A stretch of DNA of 64,000 nt from a virus, in the IMG/VR virus record IMGVR_UViG_3300005096_000005, positions 96,001 to 160,000 of that record. One strand, written 5' to 3'. Under the pieces are notes generated by a model. That model ran no database searches. It saw only the letters and a program-made list of their open reading frames with translations, and had not been told where the DNA came from. Both the position numbers and the translations under genes were made by a program. This document shows, one piece after another, positions 11,901 through 20,909 of this stretch. Numbering within the stretch: the first letter of the stretch is position 1; every line of letters begins with the position of its first letter.

Positions 11901-14900
11901 ATAATGCTTCTTCTCCCACCAATACGGGTCGGTCAGCCTTTTAAGGGGAGACAGAGGATAGCGCGGAGTTGGTAGCCAATAGTGTTGCCAGAACTCGTCG
12001 CTACCTCCCCACAAAGTATCCTCGCGGTATCCGCTGGTTCCTCGACGGTACCAATTCGGCACCTGAGCGGTAATACGACCGCCTCCCCATGGACTGTTAC
12101 CGAGAAGCCACCAACGACCGCGACGTACGTCTTCGGTACCTTCTCTGTACCACTCCTTAAGTTCCTCCTCGTTTTGCGGGACGTTAAACCCAAGTGCACC
12201 CGCGATCATCCCGGGTGGAGACTCCATGGCAATATCCATACCCGGGTACGCCTCATGAATTCTCTTGAATTCGTCTGTTAAACCCACCGTGTCGAACACC
12301 TTGGCGATGTCCAGGCGCAACCCTACATAAATATTGGCGAGTCTTCGGGAAAGCCTGACCCTTGGTGTGTCGGGAAGACTGAATGCGTCGTCTGCTTTCT
12401 CGGACTCCCAATCGATGTATGCCAACAGCCCTGCGCCTGCAACAACCGGAGCTACACGATACTTGAACAGGTTATAATAAGTTCTGGAAGCTGTTCCCAG
12501 CTTATCAGGAGACAGAGAAAAACCAAGACCGTACTCACCGAGACCACGGCTGAGGCGCTGTGTCAAATAGGTGGGCCAGAACATCGTGGTTGAAAGGTGG
12601 TCCAGATCTGTGGTAAGTTTGCCACCCTCCCACTTGTCCGGCGAAAATTGCTTCCACATCTTTCTGATCACAGTAGCAAGACCGTGCTCATCCTGTCCTG
12701 AATAAAGACGACTCAGGTTCTTCCACGTTTCTTTGATACTACCCGTCACATCGAATGGGTCAAAACGGAAAAGGCTCTTCTGGAGCATCAGGTTCTCGCC
12801 AAGCCCTCGACGGTACACATCCGCAAACTCATCGTACGGAGGGAACTTCTGGTACCACTTTCCGAAATGTTTATTCGCTGATGCCTGCAACCTGTTCACA
12901 AAACCCTCGCTAACATCTACAGGATCACGAGTGCTTGTGGAGACCACTTCGTACACGCCCTCTTCGACCGGCCGCATACTAACCCTGCCTTTTTGAAATG
13001 CCTCGCTCAGGTTTATTCCACGCTCTTTAGCCTTTTGCTCCAGGACATCCATCAACTGTTCGAAAGTCGGATCGCCTGCCACACCAACCTTCATTAGCGA
13101 ATCTGTCCGCACCGTCTGTGACGTTCTGGGTGCAAACAATTTGAGGGCCTCCTCATAAGTGTCAACAAAAGCTTTCTGTCTGACAGCAGGCCCGTGCCCT
13201 GCTACCTTCCGCAAATTGAACAGGTCGAAGGTGCGATGCATATTCTCAACTTCCACGTCCGTAAGAACAGTACCAAGCTGATCGATAAACCGCCTTGCAT
13301 TATCGATCTCACTGAGGGCGCTGCCAACGTAATACTCGTTTAAAGCCTCCCTCGCGGCTCGCCCTACCGTCTTGACAATCTCTTCATCTGTTTCAAGAAA
13401 AGGAATAAACGGTGAAGGAAGTCCTGGTCGTACATCAATACGCGCTGGACGTGTCGGGTCGATCTGGGAGCGGAGCATCTTCATGGTCTTTGATAACGGT
13501 GCGTATTCAAGTTGTTCCTTCCTGCGTTCCAACTCAAGTATCTGCTCGCTCAGGTCCTGAATTCTCCTGCCTCTCATAACCGCCAGGTTCTGGGCTATCT
13601 GTTTTGCATCACTGACATAATCGAGAGGAGATTCCGGACCACCAATCGCCGCCGCCTTGGTTTCTTGTTCCGTGAGCCGGTCGACAAGCTTCCTGGCATC
13701 CTTCATGGCCATGTGCTCTCCGCCGACTTCCTTCTCTGCAAAGTCGATGAAGTCTTCGATCATATCCTTCATCTCTGGCCTGTTTTTATAAGTGTCGGCG
13801 AACTCTCTCATAATCTGGCGCTTGTCAAACGACTTCGGCCCGTTCATGATTCTGTGAGAGATAGACTCAAACAAAATCTGACGCTCTTCAGGCATTGCCC
13901 ATTCCACATACTTATCCCCAGAATATGGGCGAACCTTCTCAACAGGAGCCAGCGGCCCCCACGTCTCCGGCTTACCCGCCTTAATCTTAGTTTCGTATGT
14001 TCTTGCCCATCTGCTGGCGAGCGCATGTGCATCCAGCTCCGAACTACTATAAAGACTCATGCGGTCAAACTGAGCGATACGTTCCAACACTTCGTCAACC
14101 TGTCCCGTGAGGCGTTCCCGCGCCGCAAGGAACTCCGCCTGGCTGATCTTTCCAGCCCCCAGCATATTGATAAGCTCTTCCTGTCTGCCGATAAGGGCCT
14201 GACCTTCTTTGGTGGCCTCCATCCAATTCTTAGACAGCGGCGCCAAACCGGAGTCTGCCATAAGGCGCTGTTCAACCCTGCCCTGAAAACTCATCAACTC
14301 CTCTACCGCTTGTTCCTTCATCTGCTTGCGCAGTGCCATAGAATCGGCTACTCCACCAGGATCTATCGCCCCTTCCTGAAAGAACCTTTCAAATGTACTC
14401 GTTCGCCACTTCTCAGACCGGGTGGGAACAACACCACCGCCCGCTGCCAGGTCCGCACCACGCTGAGCGAGAATCTCCTCGGCAGTCTTGACCTGCATCT
14501 CCCGGGTCGCTTCTTTATATCCTGCTTTGAATGGCTTGATGTCATAGCCTACCTGGTCCATTGTTTCACGATACAAACGCCATAGATCACTCCGCTGCTC
14601 TCTCTGGAGTTTCACCTTCCTGGCCGGGACCTTGACGACAGCACCGTCTCTTGTCGTCGTGAATCCTACCCCGGCTTTTTCCAATGCATCCTCTAACTGA
14701 GACTTCAGTTTGGACGGCATTTGTATCTCACGGGACTTGACCGCCTCATGGATCTGCAATAATCGATCCTGGACTGGCGTTCCTTTCTGGAACTTGAAGT
14801 GTTGCTTGAACAGGTACTGCTGCTTCTTATCAAAGTGGGGGATACCGCCCCGCTGAGCCGCCTCGATGTATCTGAGAAGGAACCTGTTCTGCTGACGTTC

Positions 14901-17240
14901 GAGTTTGTATATGTCTCGTTCGATATCGGCCGCATCACCATGCCTAACGATATTAAACAGGTGTTCCAGGGCGTCGGCGTCAGTTCTGAGATACGTAGAG
15001 AAGGGCTTCTCCATGCCATCGATCCTGTGGGTTACTTCAAGCATCTTGGATAGAGCATCGACGGACTCCGCGGAACCGAGCACCTGCGCTCTCTCGGTGG
15101 CCTGTTTCACAGGCATCCCCTTGACCTGGTGCAGGTAGGTAGCGAGATCGTTGTCGCCCTTCTTTGCCCATTCCAACAGCTCGGAGAGCTTGTCCCTGGT
15201 CGCGCCCGTCATCGAGGTGGCGTCCTTCTCGAGAATCCTCTCCACTACTCCGAACACGTCCTTTGCCCCCATGGGCTCTCCTGTTGTTCGGCGCAGATCC
15301 TTGACTATGTTTAAAACTTCAATCTCACGTCCGGCCTCAGTAGCCGCTTTCGCTTCCTCGGCCAGTCGCTTTGCTATGTAATTCGGATTAGAGGCTTTGT
15401 ACGGATCTTTCCAATGTCCTATAAGGCGCTGAAAGAACCCTGTTGGTTCCCGATTCTGGTTGAAGTCGAGCATCTTGAATACTTTGCCGATCGCCGGATT
15501 CTCATTCAGCTTGCCGCCCCGCATCATCGCCATATCTTCCGTTATCTCTTTACCAAAGAAGATATTATCAAAGATCCAGCGCATAGGCCCAAAGCGATTG
15601 GTCACCGGATTCAACCCAACTCCGAAGGGCATCTCCTCCGGTTTCATAAAAGCACCCGTCTCCAGATTAAACAACCGGGCGCCCCCTTTAGAGTGCCCCT
15701 GGCCGAGTACCAGCATCTGCTGTTTGATGTTCCCGGCCTTATCGATAGCATGTTCCCATCCAGATACCTTTTTGACCCATCCGAGTTCAGGATGTTCAGT
15801 TCCAAAGTGAAGAAGCTGATACGGCGCCATCCGTCTGTTCTCTCTTAAGGCAGAGTGAAAGAACAATTTGGCGGGATTGAATCCCACAATAGGAATCTGG
15901 AAGTTCCGCTCAAAGGCCCCGGCTATATCGTCCAGTCCAAAGCCGACCTTTCTCAAATCGATAACCTTGCCTGTCGGGTCCTTAAATATGAACGGGTCCA
16001 CGACCACATTGCCAAGCCGTTTTACATACTGCTGTTCTGCGTTGGCGAGAATACGTGACTTCTGAAGTTCGAACTTTGCGAGCTTCATCGCCTGTTCTTC
16101 CGTGAGGTTGCCGAACATTCTCTCGGCGGCCGGTGTACGCAAATAATCCTTCACCGCCGCTTCACCAATGTCGTCAGCCAGAGCTCCGGGGATAGGAACA
16201 TACTCGGCTCTCTTCCCAAAGAAACCAACAAGGTCGGGGATATTAAATGCTTTGAGTCCAGGTCCCTCTGCTACATCCTGAATTGTGGCAAGCTTCCAAC
16301 CCGCCATTCCCTGGACCATACGAGAGAAAGGATGAGCTGCCTGATAAACGTCCTGTCCCATAGTCGCGGATACTGCATCAATAAGCTTGTTTACTATATC
16401 GCCCCGACCGGCCTGTTCTCTTACCTGTCTAGTGGTCGTGAGCATTATGTTTTGCCAGGCATGAGCTGCTATGTTCGCGTCAGCTGCCGATAACTCCCCT
16501 CCCCCAAGGGCTGCAGCTATGTCTCTCAGTTTCGCTGGCTGGTCCGTCATCAGGGATTCCCAGGACGCAAGCTCTTTAACACCCTGTACGCCACCACCCT
16601 GACCACGATAGCGTTTGCCCATAGTTACCATACGTTGCATCTCGTCCAAAACGCCCATAGCCGGTTCGCTGACGGAATCAATGGGATAACCTATATTAGA
16701 GAGGATTGTTGGTATCTTCTGTCTACTTAGAAAAGAACGAAGCTGCCCCTGCATCTCTGGGGAAAGGTGTTGTGGGGAGCGAATCTCCGTCGCCACGTCT
16801 CCCACATCACGGACAACGCCCCGCATCCCGCGGAGCATATCACCGAGAGCTGTGGCATTGGCCACATTATCTGTAAGGGTTGATCTTGTGGTTGCTGCCG
16901 CTTCCGCAAAGACGCGGCGGGCTGCCTTGAGGTTTTCTCCCGTGAATGCAGAGAACTTCGGCAGTGCGCCAACCGAAGTTCTCCACAAGAGGTTCTGGTC
17001 GGCCAGAAGTCTGAAGTATTGCTCATGGCCTTCCAGAAGAAAACGATGTGCCTGCGAAACCTTTGGGATCTGTCCCGCAAGATGCTCTACAATATCTCCC
17101 ACAAGCGGTCGGACGTACTCAGAGCGAAGAACCTGGCGCCCCAGGAGGGCGGCACCGGCGTATATACCTGCACGGACCAGGAGCGGCGTCTTCTTCCGCT
17201 CGTTTGTGTATGGGGCATCATTGCTGAACTTCGAGATCAT
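8946..17240 (-). CDS. Tape measure protein with embedded PD-(D/E)XK (Cas4/RecB-like) nuclease domain
   Basis: 2764 aa, immediately downstream of the frameshifted chaperone pair (canonical TMP position); several Gly/Ala hydrophobic segments; motifs GTKAH...E...GHIDAVV...EIKT...QVNFY at about 10590-10830. Confidence 0.75.
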   Translation of the reverse strand: MISKFSNDAPYTNERKKTPLLVRAGIYAGAALLGRQVLRSEYVRPLVGDIVEHLAGQIPKVSQAHRFLLEGHEQYFRLLADQNLLWRTSVGALPKFSAFTGENLKAARRVFAEAAATTRSTLTDNVANATALGDMLRGMRGVVRDVGDVATEIRSPQHLSPEMQGQLRSFLSRQKIPTILSNIGYPIDSVSEPAMGVLDEMQRMVTMGKRYRGQGGGVQGVKELASWESLMTDQPAKLRDIAAALGGGELSAADANIAAHAWQNIMLTTTRQVREQAGRGDIVNKLIDAVSATMGQDVYQAAHPFSRMVQGMAGWKLATIQDVAEGPGLKAFNIPDLVGFFGKRAEYVPIPGALADDIGEAAVKDYLRTPAAERMFGNLTEEQAMKLAKFELQKSRILANAEQQYVKRLGNVVVDPFIFKDPTGKVIDLRKVGFGLDDIAGAFERNFQIPIVGFNPAKLFFHSALRENRRMAPYQLLHFGTEHPELGWVKKVSGWEHAIDKAGNIKQQMLVLGQGHSKGGARLFNLETGAFMKPEEMPFGVGLNPVTNRFGPMRWIFDNIFFGKEITEDMAMMRGGKLNENPAIGKVFKMLDFNQNREPTGFFQRLIGHWKDPYKASNPNYIAKRLAEEAKAATEAGREIEVLNIVKDLRRTTGEPMGAKDVFGVVERILEKDATSMTGATRDKLSELLEWAKKGDNDLATYLHQVKGMPVKQATERAQVLGSAESVDALSKMLEVTHRIDGMEKPFSTYLRTDADALEHLFNIVRHGDAADIERDIYKLERQQNRFLLRYIEAAQRGGIPHFDKKQQYLFKQHFKFQKGTPVQDRLLQIHEAVKSREIQMPSKLKSQLEDALEKAGVGFTTTRDGAVVKVPARKVKLQREQRSDLWRLYRETMDQVGYDIKPFKAGYKEATREMQVKTAEEILAQRGADLAAGGGVVPTRSEKWRTSTFERFFQEGAIDPGGVADSMALRKQMKEQAVEELMSFQGRVEQRLMADSGLAPLSKNWMEATKEGQALIGRQEELINMLGAGKISQAEFLAARERLTGQVDEVLERIAQFDRMSLYSSSELDAHALASRWARTYETKIKAGKPETWGPLAPVEKVRPYSGDKYVEWAMPEERQILFESISHRIMNGPKSFDKRQIMREFADTYKNRPEMKDMIEDFIDFAEKEVGGEHMAMKDARKLVDRLTEQETKAAAIGGPESPLDYVSDAKQIAQNLAVMRGRRIQDLSEQILELERRKEQLEYAPLSKTMKMLRSQIDPTRPARIDVRPGLPSPFIPFLETDEEIVKTVGRAAREALNEYYVGSALSEIDNARRFIDQLGTVLTDVEVENMHRTFDLFNLRKVAGHGPAVRQKAFVDTYEEALKLFAPRTSQTVRTDSLMKVGVAGDPTFEQLMDVLEQKAKERGINLSEAFQKGRVSMRPVEEGVYEVVSTSTRDPVDVSEGFVNRLQASANKHFGKWYQKFPPYDEFADVYRRGLGENLMLQKSLFRFDPFDVTGSIKETWKNLSRLYSGQDEHGLATVIRKMWKQFSPDKWEGGKLTTDLDHLSTTMFWPTYLTQRLSRGLGEYGLGFSLSPDKLGTASRTYYNLFKYRVAPVVAGAGLLAYIDWESEKADDAFSLPDTPRVRLSRRLANIYVGLRLDIAKVFDTVGLTDEFKRIHEAYPGMDIAMESPPGMIAGALGFNVPQNEEELKEWYREGTEDVRRGRWWLLGNSPWGGGRITAQVPNWYRRGTSGYREDTLWGGSDEFWQHYWLPTPRYPLSPLKRLTDPYWWEKKHYADRPYPLTGGAFEETMPFGGILNATVGRIIKPYKVMHREELNARAAFLGGQRNRHPALEAALIELGTTPGPEQLGQGTTQGVRLIGPGGGGTGAVTPTYVGLLAGATPTGQAIPVMSEDHSAENQITAINTDDRRKMRRRMSRRLSYFHRKINPEEVIHPNDPYYRLGQIHYNITETAGIFGFASTFFTQDKYGYGDLGAQKPVAQRADRAYGAERWFWDQGIGGLGGGVSEIGRRFLPHRRRQILEYNPILNKMPSWMPGTTGVEQNYYIDFHKGDPFTKVAFGEARLPGPGYEKLHPTLRAYHGNYGIEQFRASSLGRDLKTTVASFLNLGREAHDYDPNGKGLGRLPYEGPGSPTYEGTKAHRRLQAQWAKEGSLIEAERFVFDPRTKVSGHIDAVVRMENGYNTVVEIKTKSAKAIKELEAPQQEHMSQVNFYLYSQGLPFGFIYYTARDKPDVTKVFKVHYDPERLQRDLETVEHARQIVSDWDRKGILNRPEFYSDVDKFKILADVAPYSQSFWAMRRRMFRDKEAIMQQGRWSEVERTLENHKRRIQKYRKTEYRYVGKPDPKDASAVERTLGWMWEKFAHMDTPFHTKFLQVRSATEQYERNYLYGNDFTDWGRPVSAILVPAYRGFARHNPVVSAGLGAALGSLFFKRGPYRIIGALIGGLVGGGMSVVSRFRARLRGRKAPIPDIREKEWELNEYFDMLEYVKFRGLYSRYKQALQYVGIDMDKMDPGRQHPQLPIVDYANEYKRRFKGTAYAADVWNQRQVMAAWPAQIREFYPIFANTRSEKERERIYNQTPDNLKRFLARAWATNSPRWMSEWRAVEARKPDLKRYFATHALPGPQWEGWNPNVNLDEYKYKVAKNEGINAKRIGLWDDVARAAEANRVRVLDWRNGSFKRNSLEHRLRAVLHGAGVRDADIKVDMQDYHENRIDLRLNMRRDFTGEIIGALHKEGYHKEIESAHEDSERLQQLNAPFELQ

Positions 17241-17701
17241 CGTTGCTCTCCCTCAGGACCCGGATCTTGCGGCCCGTACACTGCGTCTGTAAAGTCCTTC
17301 GGAAAAGAGAAGTCAACCTCGTTTATCATGCCCTGAGGGATTCCCATCATATCTTGAGCAAGAGCTTCCATCTTGGTTCTTCCGTGCTCGTGAAGGAACA
17401 TCTCTTGCTGTTTCTTATCAATGGGACCCTTCTCACCTGGTTTGCGGTGGCGCTCTCCATATCTCCTGAGGCGCTCTACTCTCCGCGCTTCCTCAATTGC
17501 CTGTTTGCGTTCCGCCTCCACAATCTCTGGCGGCACGCCCAGCAGGATATCTACGGACACTTCCGTCATGCCCCTAAAGTTCATCAGTACATACTCTGCC
17601 TGTGCTGCTCGTTGAAGCCAGGTATCCCAGTCCATGGCCTCAATTTGGTCTATAGATAGGGTGGGGAACGCCTCCGCAATAAGGAGATCGATCAGTCCCA
17701 T
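17237..17701 (-). CDS. Tail assembly chaperone, frameshift extension (gpT-like part of gpGT)
   Basis: In the -1 frame relative to 17731..18399 and open back to the slippery run at 17737-17743; no good Shine-Dalgarno before ATG 17701; motif LSIDQIEAMDW. Confidence 0.75.
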   Translation of the reverse strand: MGLIDLLIAEAFPTLSIDQIEAMDWDTWLQRAAQAEYVLMNFRGMTEVSVDILLGVPPEIVEAERKQAIEEARRVERLRRYGERHRKPGEKGPIDKKQQEMFLHEHGRTKMEALAQDMMGIPQGMINEVDFSFPKDFTDAVYGPQDPGPEGEQR

Positions 17702-17730
17702 CCCACTTAAGACGACACGCCTGTGAGAGT

Positions 17731-18399
17731 CTACACTTTTTTTACTTCAAGGGCGGGGAGGAACCCCGACTGGTCCATAATATACTCGACAATCATGGAC
17801 GGTAGTCCGTACATCTCCCTGAGAAACGCCTGGTTGAAGTCAATTCCTTCCGGCCATAAGACGCAGCGATTGCACATCTCGTTCTCGCGCTCTTCGATGG
17901 TGAACGGTCCGTAGATAATAGCCTTGTACTCTGCCCGAGTCAAGATCCGATACGTGAAGCGCATTCCATTGGGGAACAGCACCTCTCTGATCTTGTCGTC
18001 TCCAAACCCGTGTCGTGCAGGATCAAACTGCTCTCCTGGATTCGGAGGAGGCCGCTTCCATAGGGCCAGTTTTTCGGGAGGCGGCGGACTCCAATCGATT
18101 CCCTCGAGGCTGGTTCTGACCCCTCCCACTGCGTCCGGCGTCCATTCATCATCGACCGGGGGTTGCTGCGGTTGTTGCGGCACACCCTTCGGTTGCTGCG
18201 GAACCTGACCTGCTGATTGCTGTGCTTGTGGAATTCCTTGTGCCGGATAATCCGGCTGTCCCGTACCCACTTCCTCCACGGACGTATCCTGTACCTGTAT
18301 TGGATCCGCCTTCTTCATAGGGCGTGCTCCTGGAGGAGGTGCGCCAGGTCCTTGTCCTTGGTTGCCATTCTGATCCATGTCAGTTGGCTCCTTTCTCAT
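17731..18399 (-). CDS. Tail assembly chaperone (gpG-like) with Pro/Gln-rich N-terminus
   Basis: Between tube genes and TMP; core FTYRILTRAEYKAI...CVLWPE...GLPSMIVEYIMDQSGF; ends GTA AAA AAA GTG TAG. Confidence 0.8.
   Translation of the reverse strand: MRKEPTDMDQNGNQGQGPGAPPPGARPMKKADPIQVQDTSVEEVGTGQPDYPAQGIPQAQQSAGQVPQQPKGVPQQPQQPPVDDEWTPDAVGGVRTSLEGIDWSPPPPEKLALWKRPPPNPGEQFDPARHGFGDDKIREVLFPNGMRFTYRILTRAEYKAIIYGPFTIEERENEMCNRCVLWPEGIDFNQAFLREMYGLPSMIVEYIMDQSGFLPALEVKKV
17737..17743 (-). other. Programmed -1 ribosomal frameshift site (A AAA AAA)
   Basis: X XXY YYZ heptamer in the correct phase one codon before the stop; -1 slip reads KKSVDSHRRVVLSGMGLID into the next ORF, giving a ~387-aa product. 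Confidence 0.85.
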
Positions 18400-18411
18400 C
18401 TTATAAACTTA

Positions 18412-19230
18412 TCAATCAAAGTCCCATGCTACGAAACTATACTGTTCAAGTACCGGTGAACCTTTCGGACGAATCACCTGTGTTGCGGAATGCAGGTGTA
18501 CTCTGTGCAACGCCAGTACTCTATCCCTCGCTTCGTCTATGGTCTCGGCTGCTCGGTTCTTTATGGCCTCAAAAGCGTTGATGGCTCTGGGATCGGCACC
18601 ACTATAATGCACAATGATCTCCAGGCCGTCACTTCCAACCCCAAACCTGTCTCTGACTCCCCAGCGCCTGGACCCCAGTGTTGACGTGACATCCCTGGCT
18701 AAGTCAAAGCCTATCGGGGTTAGCATATCGGCAAGATTGCCTGACAGGTCACCCTCCTTAATGACCTGTATCTTCTCGTCCAATGTCAGTCCCTCCCAAT
18801 TCTTCTTGAGTCTCTCTGCGTTCTGGGCGAGACTACCATTCAGCATATCGGAATGAAAATTGGACCTCCTGCCGTCCGCGGCCGCCTGCTGCAGGGCCTC
18901 AAACACCTTAAACTTCTTGGTGAACGGTATCGCAAATTGACCCTGTATGATGAGCTGGCCGAGAATCAGCCGGTGCCACCTGTACGAAGCGTAACTGTAG
19001 AGTGGCCGCTTCGGTTGCATGGCACTGAATTGAAAGTCCATTATATCATCTTCAAGATACCCGGACAAGTCAACCACTCCTGTAGGATTAGAGTCCACGG
19101 TATCCCGGCGAGCTATTACGAACTTAACGTCACAACCAGTAAAGAACTCCGGAGGGTACCAATTACGGTCCATCATCGGAAGTGTCTGTGGAGCGAAGTA
19201 CTCCAAAGGGTTGATGTCGTACGGTGCCAT
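18412..19230 (-). CDS. Tail tube paralogue 3 (divergent; possible tube initiator)
   Basis: FFTGCDVKF...DFQFSAMQPKRPLYSYAS...GQLIIQGQFAI...PVLEQYSFVA aligns by eye with the tube motif of 20910..21641. Confidence 0.65.
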   Translation of the reverse strand: MAPYDINPLEYFAPQTLPMMDRNWYPPEFFTGCDVKFVIARRDTVDSNPTGVVDLSGYLEDDIMDFQFSAMQPKRPLYSYASYRWHRLILGQLIIQGQFAIPFTKKFKVFEALQQAAADGRRSNFHSDMLNGSLAQNAERLKKNWEGLTLDEKIQVIKEGDLSGNLADMLTPIGFDLARDVTSTLGSRRWGVRDRFGVGSDGLEIIVHYSGADPRAINAFEAIKNRAAETIDEARDRVLALHRVHLHSATQVIRPKGSPVLEQYSFVAWDFD

Positions 19231-20861
19231 TAGCCTGCCTTTAATATCTGTATTGTACTGTGTGTATTACTGAATCCCTCAACCAGCGTTTCCTCGCCGG
19301 GTACAGAGTCCGCAGTTACCGCCTTCACCTTGAAACCAGTTTGTACTCTATACGCTGGTCTGTCCGGGTCCGTTACATCCTCACTCTCCCGGACCAGGTT
19401 GTCCAGAGTTTCAAATGACAAGTTGAGATTCGCGTTGGCAGTAGGGTCGTATACACCGTTCGAGTCTCCTTCAAGGGCCTGGTCAGGTTCTATCTTAATT
19501 ACCAGAGCCTTCACCTTCTTACCTTCTGTATTATTCACAAATCCAGTACGAACGGCTATATTGTCATCATCGGGTTCTACAATCTGAACTACGTTGTCGT
19601 AGTCAATGTGTTGTGCCCCAGGTGTAATCATCAGCCAATACCATACGACCCCTACATCCGGGAATAAGTCCCGATCAAGAATAGATGAGTTGGATGGTGT
19701 CTGGGCCGCAAACTTAATCGCCACATGAGCGTTGGGAGTTCCTTCGTCTACAACAAGTACATCGAAGTCACGACCGTCAAACTTGATTGCTGAATCCGGG
19801 TTCGCTCTTATCTCTGGCGATAACCCCGCCCTGCCCTGCGTCAGGTCAATATATTGCGCTATCGTTTCAGAACTTCTGGCAAACGAATGGAGTCGTTTGT
19901 TGACATCTGCAGGACTTAAAGCTTGCTGAATCTCCTTCACAGTATGCCGCGCCATAGAGCCAATAGCGGGATCAATAGGATCGACAGCGAGAGCCATGTA
20001 CTGACATACACCTTCAGTTACCAGATCTTCTACCGACATGGTCGCACCGTCGGTTTGAATGTGAATATTATAGATGCCCGCCCTTACTGCTATACCGGCC
20101 TCGTTTGCCCCGAACAAGAGAACATTGAAAGGAGGAAGAGCATCCGGACTCATCATGCGGCTAAAGCGTTTCCATCTATCATAATCCAACCCGGCCTGCG
20201 ATCCCTGAGTTATCTCAGCAGCCCTTTTGATCTCTATCAGAGTTTCGTCTATCTCTTGCTGAATGGCGCTCTGTTCAAGTGGGGGTGCAGCTTCTGTTGT
20301 GGCTTGGGTTCCCGCCCCGAGCGCCCGAAACACATCACTCATTCCTGTACCTATTGGACCGGGCAGAGAAAGCAGCCCATCTGCCTCGCTCGCTCCATGC
20401 ACATTAGATATCATATTCGCGGTACGTTTTTCCATTGCCTTGAGCTTCCCACCCAAATCTCCCGCAAGAGCGGCAAGCATGGCCAGGCGCTGATCCAGCA
20501 CGTGCATGTCCGGAATGTTTGACGACGTACCTCTTGCATTGGCACTCGTTTTGTGATAGTCGAGGATGTCCAGTATGGCATGCTTATCAAAGTAGATAAA
20601 TACGATAGACCCGGCCACCCATCGCGGACCTTTAGCAATACCACGGATGTTCACATGCCCGCAAGTCGGTACCGGTGCGAGCTCTCTGTATGTCTGATAT
20701 GATATTGTTGCGAGTTCTGCAAATACCCGAAGTCCGAACCCGGGCAAAAACATAGCCGCGACGAGATTAGGGCCGGAGATGGATGTCGAAAGATCCTGCA
20801 GCGTTACCGGCGCCGTGTTGTCGCTTTGTTGTCCTCTTTTGTAATCGAAGTTCTGTACCAT
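19230..20861 (-). CDS. Tail tube paralogue 2 with helical insertion and C-terminal extension
   Basis: ELATISYQTYRELAPV...GPRWVAGSIVFIYFDKH and LPPFNVLL...ANEAG...GATMSVEDLVTE match the tube protein; 543 aa versus 243 aa. Confidence 0.75.
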   Translation of the reverse strand: MVQNFDYKRGQQSDNTAPVTLQDLSTSISGPNLVAAMFLPGFGLRVFAELATISYQTYRELAPVPTCGHVNIRGIAKGPRWVAGSIVFIYFDKHAILDILDYHKTSANARGTSSNIPDMHVLDQRLAMLAALAGDLGGKLKAMEKRTANMISNVHGASEADGLLSLPGPIGTGMSDVFRALGAGTQATTEAAPPLEQSAIQQEIDETLIEIKRAAEITQGSQAGLDYDRWKRFSRMMSPDALPPFNVLLFGANEAGIAVRAGIYNIHIQTDGATMSVEDLVTEGVCQYMALAVDPIDPAIGSMARHTVKEIQQALSPADVNKRLHSFARSSETIAQYIDLTQGRAGLSPEIRANPDSAIKFDGRDFDVLVVDEGTPNAHVAIKFAAQTPSNSSILDRDLFPDVGVVWYWLMITPGAQHIDYDNVVQIVEPDDDNIAVRTGFVNNTEGKKVKALVIKIEPDQALEGDSNGVYDPTANANLNLSFETLDNLVRESEDVTDPDRPAYRVQTGFKVKAVTADSVPGEETLVEGFSNTHSTIQILKAG

Positions 20862-20867
20862 AGTTGA

Positions 20868-20897
20868 GAGAAAGGAGAGGACCCGAAGGCCCTCTCC
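20868..20897 (-). terminator. Intrinsic terminator after major tail tube gene
   Basis: GGAGAGGGCC-TTCG-GGTCCTCTCC stem with cUUCGg tetraloop followed by TTTCTC, 12 nt after the tube stop. Confidence 0.75.
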
Positions 20898-20909
20898 CGT
20901 AACCTCTTA

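Noticed and set aside
503-17240. Virion RNA polymerase among the giant proteins
   Set aside because: No DxDGD catalytic motif or single-subunit polymerase motifs recognised; a very divergent enzyme cannot be excluded without structure prediction.
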